Origin: Octopus vulgaris
Taxonomy: Eukaryota
Length of the DNA: 64,000 nucleotides
Reading direction: 5' to 3'
Assembly (NCBI GenBank): GCA_951406725.2
Contig: OX597816.1
Location: 118,358,001-118,422,000, forward strand
Under the pieces are notes generated by a model. The model saw nothing but the letters and a program-made list of their open reading frames with translations. It did no database searches and was not told the DNA's origin. Below, piece after piece: positions 13,901 to 26,141 of the stretch. The position numbers and the translations under genes were made by a program. Numbering within the stretch: position 1 is the first letter of the stretch; every line of letters starts with the position of its first letter.

Positions 13901-15959
13901 GTTATTAATACAAATGGTTCCTTCACAATATTCACTTTTGATGAGGTTTGATTTGACTATGTATTTATTGATCAAAACACATTTTTAAAATAAAAATAAC
14001 ATCATCCTCAATAGATCCCTATCCCAACCTCCTTAGGATATCCTCCCAATATGAAGACTGTTATGTAGTCCGTTCCCTTTCTTGTATTTGTATAAACTTG
14101 TTTTTTCACCTGTTACTACACATTCCAATATGGAGGAGAGATGTAGGAAAAAAAAAGCCAGAGCAGCATGGAACTAGATTAATAGGAGAAGCCAACTGTG
14201 TACTACAGAGGAATTTGGACATGTATGACAAATTATGTATTTAGAATATATCCAGATAATATTTTAGGAATTTAGATAATTCACAAGAAATAACAAACAA
14301 ATAAAAATAAACATACTAATTTGGCAACCCTTGAATTTAGGACATTATTTTTTACTTTAGTCATTCTTCATCTCAATCATTTTGTTTGGCATTCTGCAAA
14401 GAGTTTATAATTTTTTCTAGAGGCAAACCTGCAACCAACTTCTTTGTCATAGGCTTTTCACTTTTTGTTGTGGTTATATAAATATCTCACTGGACTTTTT
14501 ACCAATGTTGTGTGATTTTTAAGTAGCTTTTCTCCTCTCACAGGGCTCATAATTTTTCTCTCACTTTTGCTGTTTTTTTTTTTAGTTTTTATTTGTGTTT
14601 GGTAACTTTTTAATAATTTTTCTTCCTTTTACTTTTCTCTCATATGACACACATCTTTCTATCTCTTGCTTATTTGAGTTCAAACTTACCTTTCTTGTGT
14701 AAAAACACCTCACACTCATACCCCTCCACACATTTCTACCACACCCTCCACATTCCTCTTGCCTTTCCACCGCCTCACATCCATACCCATTCCCAAGTCC
14801 TTGCATCCACACTTTCCTCAAGCACACTTAACATCTCACACACCTAATAACCTACACCACCCTACTTCCACACACATAAGCACATCCCCCAAAATAAAAC
14901 ACACACATCCGTCCCCCATATGCCCAGCTCCAAAACCAGGTACACTCCAATACTTGTGCATACACACTTGAAACCTCCCACCCCTAGAATATACTCCCAC
15001 CTGATTCCTAACTGTTTATCCATTGTTTATTTTCATCTTTTCTCTTCCTCACTTTCCCTATACTTATCTCTTTCTTCTAATAAAGGACCAACAACCAAAT
15101 TTTAAGAATTATTCTCTTCCCATTAAAGCATTAAGCTTTATTGTATAAACCTTGGTCCTCCTGTATTATCTTTATTTTATTGTTCATATACTTGCAATAT
15201 GTGAATGAAAAAAAATATATAGATATACATCCAGCAATGTGTACATATCATCCATATATATATATAACCTATATGTGGTTATTTGACTATTTCTCAATAT
15301 ATGAAACTATATGGTACTAAACGACATGTGTCCTTTAAATAAATAATGTTTAAATATGTCACAGGTATGGGTATGTAGTTAGGAAGCTTGCTTCGCAATC
15401 ATGTGATTTCAGGTTCAGTTCACTGCATGGCACCTTGGGCAAGTGGATTAAGTAAATAGAAACTGAAAGAAGCCCATCATGTATATTTATGAGTGTGTAT
15501 GTGTGCATGTATGTTTTGTTTGTGCCTACTTGTCTTCGCATTGAATGATTGTTGTAAATGAGCAGCACTGTCATATAAGCAGTGTAATTCATTTCCAATA
15601 ATCTGTGGAAACATATATAGCTCTAAGCAAGTATCTCCTTGCTTGGAAACAGGCGACAGCTGGTGATAAGAAGGGCATCTGAGCTCTGAAAATCCACCAC
15701 AATAAATGCTGTTTAATACATGCAAGCTGCAGAAAAGTGGATGTCAAAATGATGATGATACACACACATACACATATTATAGCCTATATACAGCCTAGCT
15801 ATATGTTTGTGGGCCATGCATGCATGTATGCACACACACACACACCTTCCTGTCAAAGGGCATTGGCTCGAAACGTAAAAGACTTTCTCACTTCCTAAGC
15901 GTTAAACTAATATGCCTGTTTGTTGTTCACACACCTGTCTTTTGCTTTTTTGTAAATTC

Positions 15960-15998
<39 letters not shown>

Positions 15999-17609
15999 GA
16001 TATCATAAGAATTTTGAGAATGAGAACTAATTCTTTCTTTAGAAAAAATCAAAGTACATACATAAAGCTATGGGGGTTGCATTCATTGCCTTGCCCCAAG
16101 CATAGAACTGGGATCACCACTTTGAGCTGGGAAATGAATGGAATGCTTGGCGTATGTCTTGTGGTGGTTCCCCACTCCTAAAAAAAATGGGGAATAGGCC
16201 TGGGTATATAAAAAAAATATATAAAAATAATATCACATAAATATTAAGTTGAAGAGCTCTTTTGGATAGAAAAGTCAAAGGCTGTTCATGGGACAAGAAT
16301 CCACATCTCCTGTAGCCTTCAACTTTTTCTATTCAAAATAGTTATTCAACAATTTTGAACACCTGTACCTACTTGCTTCAATCATTAGACAGTGGCCATG
16401 CTGGGGCACCGCTTTCAAGAACTTTTAGTTGAATGGATCGACCCCAGTACCTATTTTTTTAAAAGTTTGGTACTTATTCTATCAATCGCTTTTACTGAAC
16501 TGCTAAGTTATGGGGACATTAAACACACTAACACTGGTTTTCAAGAGGTAGTGGGGAACATATATGCTTGTTCTTTGAGATATTCAAAATTTGAAAAAAG
16601 AATTAATATATACATATAGTCTTTACACATGTACATACACAACACGTGCACACATAGAACATTTGTGTCTTTTTGTCCATCTGTCTACTAGCAATCTACA
16701 TTCTATTAAAGGCCATGACAGCATATGGACATATGCCTAATAATTATTAAAACAAGATTAATATTATTTGTAAGCAGAAGAAAGGGTAGTCTTTATGAAG
16801 ACTTTCAAACTTTTAAGATCAATGTAAGTGCAGCTTAACTTGAACCCTGCAAGTTCAAACAAATAGAGAAAACATAGGTTGAGAGGGATTCTGAAGAGTG
16901 TTAGAGGTGGAATTAGGCATATGTTCTTGTAGTATCTTGCTGAAAGGAGAGACCCTTAATAGTGAAACAAGTCAAGTAGCTGTACTCGAAAATTTTATAA
17001 GCAACCCAGCAATTAACAAAAGTGAGTAGGGGCACTCTCCTAGCAAGAACACAGTCTTGTTTTTTATAATAGCATCTGCTTTTTGAATAGGCCATTGTTT
17101 GGGTTAGCTCATTTTTTGTATAATTTTTGACTTCCAGTGCAATAATATATAATGAATGGTTCAAATTCATCTGGGAAGACCACTATCAGCAAAATATTTT
17201 CATCCAAAAAACAGACAGTAGTTTTAGTAGCATACTTTTTTTGCTGTACTCAGGACTCTGAATTCCTGACAGTTTTAGTGATGGATACACAAAAACAGAG
17301 TATATTTCAAAATATTTTCTCAATACTTCCAAATAAGTAGCACAAAAGTTACCACCCATAAGGTAAGTGATTTAACCAATTGTTATCCTTAAACACTCAG
17401 CCAGAAAGTGGATGAATCAAACAAAAAACAAAACAAAAACAAACCAAAACCAAAACCTGCAGGGATGTAATTGATAAATAGTCTAAAGATTTGCAAGTCA
17501 AATATGAACAGAGAAGGAAGCAGGGGTTTGTTCCAGATGTTTACAACAAAGTGAACTCCCCAAGAACACATTGATATAGTGTTAGGTTTACCATCCAAAG
17601 GTCACTTGT

Positions 17610-17953
17610 GAAAAGGGTAAAGAGTCCCTTCGGTCTTGATTGACCATGAGACTGCGCCTAGAAAGTTACCCTCTGAGGCACAAGTCCAGGCAAGGTTGTT
17701 TATGGAAGACCAGGAGTTGCCCGTGCATACCAGCCTCCCCTCACCATGCCACCAATGTTATCCAAGTGAAAGGTGAAGGCCAATACAGCTTGGCACCAGT
17801 GATGACGCAAATCATTCCTACAGTTCAGTGAACTGGAGTAACATGAGATAAAGGGTCTTGCTCAAAAACACAACACACTGCCTGGTCTGGGAATCGAACT
17901 CACTAACTCATGATTGTGAGCCTAATGCTCTGACCACTGAGCCATACACCTCC
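17610..17953 (-). mobile_element. tRNA-derived SINE (family C) with RTE-like tail
   Basis: Head TGGCTCAGTGGTCAGAGC...GAGTTCGATTCCC followed by TGTGTTGTGTTTTTGAGCAAGACC; tail GGGACTCTTTACC. A partial relative lies at about 38800-38980. Confidence 0.7.
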
Positions 17954-18580
17954 ACTGTTATTTATTATCCAAAAATATTAAATATTAAAATATTAAAACT
18001 GTGACAATGTAGAGAAACACTAAATCACTACATGACAAGACAAAAAAAATAACAGCAGGTTTGAATTCAAATGTAGAAATGAAGATAAAACCCACAATAG
18101 ACAATCTCCACAAGCATTTCACTTCTACCGACATAAGGACAGCATTGAGTTATTATCCTGCAATGATCTCTGCTTTTAAAAGAGGAAGAAAATTTTCAAA
18201 TAAGACAAAAAGAGTTTACATTTTTCATGTATCATATTTTTCTTTATAAAGAATTAGTTAATTCAAGAAAATATTTGAAAAGTCTTAAAAGTAAATAACA
18301 AGATAGTCATAAGCTTGTCTTCCACTTGTCTTGTATCCAGATTTCCATGCTAGGATGGAATTGATTTTAGAAATTCAGATGCCATACTCCAACTTGATGA
18401 ACCTCCAACTGCTAATTACTAAACCATGAAGTACAGGTAAAATCAGTTGATTTGCACAGTGAATTTGAACCATTTACCATGTGCTTAGTAGTCTTGCACA
18501 TCAAACTTGTGGTTGACATAACATCAAAAGTTTATAGCTTTTCCATTAAATGAGAAATGAGAAACAAAAGGCCTCCTTAC

Positions 18581-18664
18581 CTTACAAGTTCCATTATACT
18601 TTTTAATTTTTTTTAATTCCTGTTTATCTTTTTTAGAGGAGCTTGAGTTTTGTGCACTACGATT
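18581..18664 (-). CDS. Candidate 84-nt internal exon (NRSAQNSSSSKKDKQELKKIKKYNGTCK)
   Basis: ttttatctcttccag|AATC...TAAG|gtaagg; open in phase 0. Confidence 0.28.
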
Positions 18665-21600
18665 CTGGAAGAGATAAAATTGAAAGCATTAATATTTTCA
18701 AAAGATAGTCAAGGAAAATTATTAATTCCAATGCACACATGCACACGCACACACACACACAAGCACACAACTTCAAACTCACAAGTAACACTGACAACTG
18801 AAAATAGGATTAATTTATACAACATCACTGTATAGAACATCTACCTAACTTTCTTAAATCCACCAAACTGAGATATTATCTTCTGCATCCTATCATCATT
18901 ATCACCATTGTTTGACCTCCATTTTCCAAGCTGACATGAGTAGAATGGTTTGACAGGAACCAATGCACCAGAGAACTGCACTAAGCTCCAGTCTGCACTG
19001 GCATGGTTTCTATAGCAGGAAGCCCTTCCTAACACCAACCACTTCGGAGTATACTGAATGCTTTTTATATGGCACTAGTATTTCTGAAATCACCAAGTGA
19101 TTTGCAAAACAAAAGCCTCAACTGAGGAGAGTATGGTACTGAAGTGGCTTTATATCAGGTAATGTGAGGTAAAGTATGACAGTGACAGAAACAGGTATCT
19201 TACAGCAAAGGAGATAGATGGCTACCCCAGTTGGAAAAGAAGAGAAGATAGCAATGAAGATGTATCCTCCAAAGCTACATGAAGGTGAATATAAGAGGAT
19301 TCAGAAGATTGGATAGAGTGAATGGGTTATATAGGAATTGGAGTAGGTGGTGTTTTACTACAACCATCTCACCATGATGCAGATCATTAATTGCAGGTGA
19401 GATATGATTCTAACTGAATCATAAGAATCAAATGCCATGTAAAATGCATTCATGTCAGTGCTGCATAAATGTACTGGTGCCAGTGGCATGTAAAAACCAC
19501 CCAGCACACTCTATAAAGTGGTTGGCATTAGGAAGGTCATCCAGCCATAGAAACCATGCCACAACAGACAATTGGAATCTGGACAGCTCCTGTCAAACCA
19601 TCCAACCTACATCAGCATGAAAAACAGATGCTAAACCATGATGATGATGATGATGATAGACTAATGTCAGAGAGATTTGTCTGAGACAGGAATACGATGT
19701 GTGATGGTGAGTGGAGTCAACAGATGTTAGAGACAAGAAGAGAGAATCATCTAGCTGGTTTAGTTTTATTTTTTTTAGCATTTGAAGAAATGTAGATACA
19801 GTTGGTGCAAAACGAGGTTATGATAATCCACAGGTGGGGTTATCATGATCTCTGATCCAAATGCTTGCAACGGAAGCAACTCCAATGATGGCTGGCGTAA
19901 CAGTATACAGCTTAACATGTCAGACACCGCTACCCATCCCTGCAGTGACCATCTATTCTATACTCATATTGTATTAGATAAATGGCAACCTAGAGTTAAC
20001 GTACACACATAGGCACACATATATACATGTGCATTTTTATAGATTTGTACAGTTTTATAAAATAGGTATAGAAACACGCAGACCTATGTGTGTGAGAGAA
20101 AGAGAGAGAGTACCAAAAATGTGAAACTTCACTCAACAACAGATGCATACATATTGGTATCTCTGTTTCTGTTTTCTTTGTCCAATAGGTTTGATTTTTC
20201 CATGTGCATTAATGCATGTGTGCGCACATGCACGTGCACACACATACACACACACTTGCCCACCAAACTTTCATTAAAAAAAAAAGAGAATCTTCACAGA
20301 AAACACCAATAAACTACATACTGGTAAGCGCCACCACATAAACTACCAAGTGTTTTTAGAATACTGTTGCATATGTTCTGTGATAAACTTTGGTTAATAC
20401 TCAGACAATGATTTGTTGATATTTTCTACATTTTCGTTCATTCTTTTTTTTTGTTCTTTCTTTCTTTCTTTTCCTTCCACTAATTTCTGTCACTTCATGT
20501 ATTGGCAACACCAACATCAGTAATAAAAAAAAAAAAGATAACAATAGAAGAACAAGTGCTGTGATGAGACATCAAACAGGATAATGAAGAGACAATGGAG
20601 AAGGAAAAGTGAACAAGTAGTCAATGCCTGGAAAGTCATTAAACTAATCTATAAATAGATTCATTAGTTGTGATAAAAAAAAAGTTGAAAAGTTGAGAAA
20701 AAAAAACTATAGAAAGATAGTTGTTATCATCGTTACTGTTATTTTCTAGTGGCCTTGATTACATCTGCATAACCAAACATAAGAGCAGAGAGGTGACTAA
20801 ATTTAAAGCTAAGGAGGAGAAAACAACAGACAGCATCACATGTATGTAGAAGCAGGATGTTTACATCAATATCTGAAGGGTACAGGTAATGGCTAGTTTT
20901 ATGTGGAAGCGAGGTGCATCCAACAGAAGCAAGCAAATGAGAGGAGAGTACAAAAAAGTTTTCAATGAAAATGTTGAGGTAAAAATCAACTTTATCAAAT
21001 CACAATTCACAACCATAAACAACCACAAGCTTTTCAACATTTTTTGCCGTGTCAACTAGATTTCAAAAATTTTATGAATTTGTTGCTTCTTATATGAGTA
21101 AACCTTTCAGAATTTAACTTCATCAAATATGTTCAAGCACTTAAGAAAATACCGCTCCTACTTACGGCAATGATTTTACTTGTTGGATTTTTATTTCACC
21201 TTTAAGCATTCAGATTACTGTCAAATGTAAAGCTTATTTATTCACATTATTTCTGAATGAATTATGTAATATCTCATAGCTTTGAGATTTTGAATATGTG
21301 ATTTTGATCGTGTCATTGTTTATAATGACATTGTAGGGTAGTTGTGAGAGGCTACATCTAACAAGTTTAAACATAAAACAGGCAGAATATTTGGGCTAGA
21401 TATGGCTGGTTTAAATGCAAAAAAAGATAAGCATAAATACTAAAATCCTAAAGGAAATCGATAGCTAAATATGAATATTTTAGTTATATTTTCACTTCTA
21501 TTGCACCAGAAGATAAGCTGGAGGAAAACTTTTCAGAAACAAATAAATTGAAACAGCTTTCCAGATTTTAAATGTTTTAATATCTTCTTCACTCTGTCCA

Positions 21601-21687
21601 CTTCTCCTTCAGGAAATCTCTCTTTTTCTCTCTCTCATGCTATATATATATCTGTAATATAATATGTGATAATTATTTGGTTGCCAT

Positions 21688-21748
21688 AATAAGACTCCGA
21701 GTTTCGGATGTTGAGGCAGAAACCTGCTCCGGCTTCTCTTCAGTTATC
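21688..21748 (-). ncRNA. Minimal type-I hammerhead ribozyme, catalytic core intact
   Basis: Minus strand reads GATAA-CTGAAGA-G[aagccgGAGCAGgtttCTGcCTCaacatc]C-GAAA-CT-cgg-AG-TC^TTATT. It has the CUGANGA and GAAA core boxes, stem I GATAA/TTATT, an irregular stem II, short stem III ACT/AGT and a GUC triplet. Predicted cleavage is between 21693 and 21692. Confidence 0.75.
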
Positions 21749-22406
21749 GAGGCAATCAAAATATGCAATAAAAAATGATCATTAAACAAAGGGAAATTAC
21801 TATGTGACTGACCGTTATTGAGACAAGAGAGCTATTAGAATGACTGTTAAATAAGGGGAAAAAACTGAAGAGGAGGAAGTAAAAAGTAAAGAAGTAAAAA
21901 TGCTCATAACAATCACATATGCATGTACGTACATACACATGCCTTCACACACACCCACGTACATGTGCCTATATGCATATGCTCACTTACACTCGCATGA
22001 AACATACATGCACACCCACACGTGTCAATAGATGCACATATATATGCAACCATGCATGTACACATATACATGTGCACACACACGTGCACATACCCATACA
22101 CACAGTTATATTCAAATACACATCTCAAAATATGTACATGCTATATATGCATATGTGTTTCATGCAAGTGAATGAGCATATGCATATAGGCACATGTGGG
22201 TGTGCATGCACGCATGTGTATGTATGTACATGCATGCATATGCAATTGCTACGAGCATTTTCACTTCTTTACTTTTTTACTCCTGCCCTTCGGTTTTTCT
22301 CTTATTTAACGGTCATTCTAATAGCTCTCTTGTCTTAATAACAGTCAATTACAAAGCAATTTCCCTTTGTTTAATGGTCATTTTCATAGTATATTTTGAC
22401 TGCCTC

Positions 22407-22467
22407 GATAACTGACAAGATGCCGGAGCAGGTTTCCACCCCGACATCCGAAACTCAGAATCTTATT
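22407..22467 (+). ncRNA. Degenerate copy of the same hammerhead motif (probably inactive)
   Basis: GATAA-CTGACAA-GATGCCGG...CCGACATC-C-GAAACTCAGAATC-TTATT. G8 is changed to A (consistent with CpG decay of CTGACGA) and GTC has become ATC. It is the inverted homologue of 21688-21748. Confidence 0.6.
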
Positions 22468-22560
22468 ATGGCAACCAAATAATTGTCACATATTACAGAT
22501 AAATTCCTCTATTTACCTAATATCGAGGTCTCTTTCATTCTTTTGTTGTCTTACCATTAT

Positions 22561-22586
<26 letters not shown>

Positions 22587-22591
<5 letters not shown>

Positions 22592-23067
22592 GCTTTTTGC
22601 AGCTAAGGTGTCTATGACTCCTATTTCTAGCAATGGTGATACTCACAGCACCCTTGTCACTCTTAGCGATGCTGAATTATTTCTTTGTTGGTTTTAAATA
22701 GCTGCTAGCCACTTTGATTATTTTACAATTTTTACATTGCCATTTTGTGAAATCAGTCATTGATTCCAATGGCATTCTCCATAATATTGACAGGAGTGAG
22801 TTGGCCTCTACCAGCTGTAATGGAGTGAGTATTACTGATGAGTATTAATTTCCTATACAAAATTAGCATGCTAATCTAATGCATCTCGTTCATAGTAGAA
22901 AGGGTTTTCTCCCGTGTCAATACAAAGAGACCATATGCTTTTTGTAGTGAAGGAGTCTACGACTCCTATTTCTAGTAATGCTAGTGCTTACTGCACCCTT
23001 GTCACTCTTAGTGATGGTGAATTATTTCCTTGTTGGTTATAAATTGCTGCAAGCCATCTTTATTATT
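22587..23067 (+). mobile_element. Partial tandem repeat (about 135-bp direct repeats, 345-bp period) containing a hammerhead; retrozyme/PLE-like
   Basis: gactcctatttctag...gcacccttgtcactcttag...tgaattattt occurs at 22616 and 22961. The hammerhead lies in the unique part, and (TA)n flanks both sides. Confidence 0.65.
22829..22882 (+). ncRNA. Type-I hammerhead ribozyme with a single core substitution (G12>A)
   Basis: GTATTA-CTGATGA-GTAT-taatttcct-ATAC-AAAA-TTAGC-at-GCTAA-TC^TAATGC. Stem I (GTATTA/TAATGC), stem II (GTAT/ATAC) and palindromic stem III (ATTAGCATGCTAAT) all pair. GAAA reads AAAA at 22859, which is a CG>CA change. Confidence 0.7.
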
Positions 23068-24689
23068 ATTATTATTTTATATATATATATACACACACAC
23101 ACAATGTAATTTGTGCAGGTGATTTTCAGGATAAAAATTGTTAAAGCTTCTACTCATGTAAAATTCACACTCAAAAGTTTTCTGAATTGCCAATATGGCC
23201 AAGGGGTAAAGGTTTTCAATTTAATTGTATTTAGCATAATTTCACTTACTTATGCTTTTAGATTTTATTAAATTTTCATTAGATAAAAATATTTTCTGTT
23301 TAACAGGTATCACATTAAAAGCTTTTAAATTACAAAGTATTTGCATTGTTTATAATAAACTTTATTTTACATTCTTTGCCCACAAGTGATTATGTCCGAT
23401 CTTTAGCATACTGCTGTATGTCTTCTCAAATCATGATGACAGGTAAAGTTGTTGATAAGAATTATCAACAAAAACAAAGCTGGTAAATATGCACAGGTAT
23501 TGCAAATTAAGTTTAATCACCAATAAACATCAGCTTGGATGACACTTTACTTAACCACGTAAAATATGTACTAGACCGTGATTACCAGTATGAATAACAG
23601 ACTTCAAAAAGTAGTTAACCATTTAATGGTTTTAGTAAATTTATACAGAAAAAGTAAGCATTATACCATCCAGCAGAAATAAAAGTCAACTTCATTATAT
23701 TTAAGCCCTTATTTTTTTCTGCAAAACTTATTCTGACATTAAATCAGTCAATTTCTGCCACAAATGTTTATTTTTTGTACATCTTTTTTCAACAAAAAAA
23801 ATTTCTAAAGAAATTCTGGCAATGATCTACTCATGAAATTTATGCAACCCTAAAGTTTATTTTTATTTTTGTGAGATATATATATATGTGAGACTGCATT
23901 AGATCCCCTAATACACCATGCTGTGCTGCCAGCCATTAGTTTCTCTCATCTAAACTACTTCTATTGCCACTCCTCACATACTTTTGTATTTCTCTCATAA
24001 TCTGATTCTACCTTCATCCCACTTGTTATTGCCCATAACCCCCTATTCAATCTCTACATATTGCTGCCAGCCTCCCATCATACTCTTGATCCTTCCTTAC
24101 CCCAATCTGTTTGTTCTAATGTCATTTTCCTCTCTCTCCTCTCCAATTCCCTGTCAGTCACCTGCGCAAATGCATTTGCTCTTACATACTGAACACTCTC
24201 TATATCTACATTTACTCCCCTGTCCCTACCTCTCTGATACCCACTTCTGGCTTTTCTACCATCTCTGTTCCTGCTTTAAATTTACATTTACTGTGAACAT
24301 GGCACCTATTGTCCACACTTATAAACTGGTTAGCTAACTGAGCAGAGGAAGTGTAAGGTTATGAGCCCCCTCTAATTCTCCATCACCAAGGGCTACTCAC
24401 ACTTTCCAGAGTTGGCACCACAAGAAAAACGTACTCAGTACATTCTGTACAGTGGTTGGTGCTAGGGAAGGCATCCAGCCATAGAAACAAACCCAAATGA
24501 CATATGAGCACCTAGTCTCTGGGAACAGAAGCCTTCAATGAGGCAACTCAGACATGGAAGACATGTTTTTATTTTTCACATTTTATTTGTGGCAGTGATT
24601 AGGCTGGAGCACTGCATTGAAAAAATTTTAATCGAATGAATCAACCCCAGTTCTGTTTATAAGCCTGGTACATATTTTATCAATCTCTT

Positions 24690-24727
<38 letters not shown>

Positions 24728-24739
24728 GGGGGCTTGCAA

Positions 24740-25130
24740 TTACTTATAAAACAAGGCAATGGGTAACGAGCACAGATTTTACTCATTTGCATATTAGGAC
24801 ATTCATTGGTGGTGTGTTAAAACACTGAGACAACAGGTGCATGGGTAAATGTAAATAATTTACAAGCATATAATTCAACAAACATACATTCAACATTGTT
24901 GTGTAAACAGACATTGCGGTTACACCACGTAGCTCTACAAGGAACCAAAGAACAATTCAACTCATTACACCAGGTCATTACAAACTCATCAAGCAGGTTT
25001 ACTTTTGTTTCTTCAACAATTTAATACGCAAATGTACTTTAATTAATCAATATGTGACTCCAACAAGTGTACTGATATGCAAATGAGTAAAAATAGCACC
25101 TGTTATTTATCTTAGTTTTCCTAAATAACT
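24740..25130. mobile_element. MITE-like element with long imperfect inverted ends
   Basis: TTTTACTCATTTGCATAT (24777-24794) is the reverse complement of ATATGCAAATGAGTAAAA (25075-25092). Similarity extends imperfectly on both sides. Confidence 0.6.
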
Positions 25131-25151
25131 TAACTTCTCTCTCTTCCTCTG

Positions 25152-25236
<85 letters not shown>

Positions 25237-25600
25237 CTCTCAAAACAAAGCAAACACTCTTGATGCGTCAGTAAAGACAAAGTGAAACTGGTCACATTGT
25301 TCTTGTGCTGCATAGCAAGAGGCAAAAGTGTAGGTTTACTAAACATATGCATATAATTCACACACACACTACCTCAGTAAGTTGACTCTGTCAAAAGAAA
25401 AATCCATATTTATTCATATTGCTTTAAATTAGTCATGCTTGAGATTTCAATGATGTGATTGCTTATTTTTAGAATGACATTGTAGGACAGGCATAAGAGA
25501 CCAGATACAGCCAGTTAGAACATAAAACAAGCAGAATATTTAGATGAAATAATTGTTTCACTTGTGCTGCATACTACAAAAAAAGATATAAGTATACAGT

Positions 25601-26141
25601 ATGTGGAACCCAAATATCAAGCTCCTTAACAAGTCCAAGACATTTTAAGTGATTTTCAATTGTTATGTGTGATACATTTGACCTCTTTGCAATCTCTTGC
25701 TCATTTCTTTGACAATCAGATTCAATTATGGATTTGATTCAGTCATCATCAACTTCAGTAGGTGAACCAGAAAGTTGGTCATCTTTGAGTGAAAAATCTC
25801 CAGAATGGAATTTTTAAAACCATTTATGACATGTGCATTCTGTTTAGCAATCAACACCATAAACTTTACAGATCTCTTTGTGAGCCCTAGCAGCTTTCTT
25901 GCCTTTATGGAAATAAGAAAGCAAAATATGGTGAAAATGTTCATTTTTGCACTCCATATTAAAATTGACAGTGAACTAACAGCTGTAAACAAAATTATGT
26001 GCAATTTGCTTCTAAAGTAAGCTAAAAGTAACGGCTATCAAATGTCAAAAGGAAAACAATCATAACACTGACAAAAGTCATTCAAAAAAATCGTAACTAT
26101 CTATTTGCAAAAAACGAAATTACTTTCTTGCTAATCTAATA
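25601..26141 (-). mobile_element. Mariner transposon relic: 5' TIR plus N-terminal transposase pseudogene
   Basis: 25957->25601 translates MECKNEHFHHILLSYFHKGKKAARAHKEICKVYGVDC*TECTCHKWF*KFHSGDFSLKDDQLSGSPTEVDDD*IKSIIE...LGLVKELDIWVPH. This is the mariner HTH region ending at the WVPHEL motif, with 3 in-frame stops. TIR-like TATTAGATTAGCAAGAAAGTAATTTCG at 26141-26115. The DDD domain is absent. Confidence 0.92.

Larger units (their letters stand above)
21651..22499. repeat. Long inverted repeat (arms about 21651-22011 and 22149-22499), Penelope-like terminal-repeat arrangement
   Basis: The arms are reverse complements throughout, e.g. attatttggttgccataataaga vs tcttattatggcaaccaaataat, and gacaagagagctattagaatgac vs gtcattctaatagctctcttgtc. 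Each arm carries a hammerhead motif and the whole is flanked by (TA)n. Confidence 0.9.

Noticed and set aside
17880-17953. tRNA-like sequence with A and B boxes
   Set aside because: It is a SINE head continuing into SINE body; no complete cloverleaf acceptor stem.
24330-24395. Twister-like spacing TAGC-TAA...AAGGTTATGAGCCCCCT...AAGG-GCTA
   Set aside because: The T1 pseudoknot cannot pair and P2 is weak; not supportable without a covariance-model hit.
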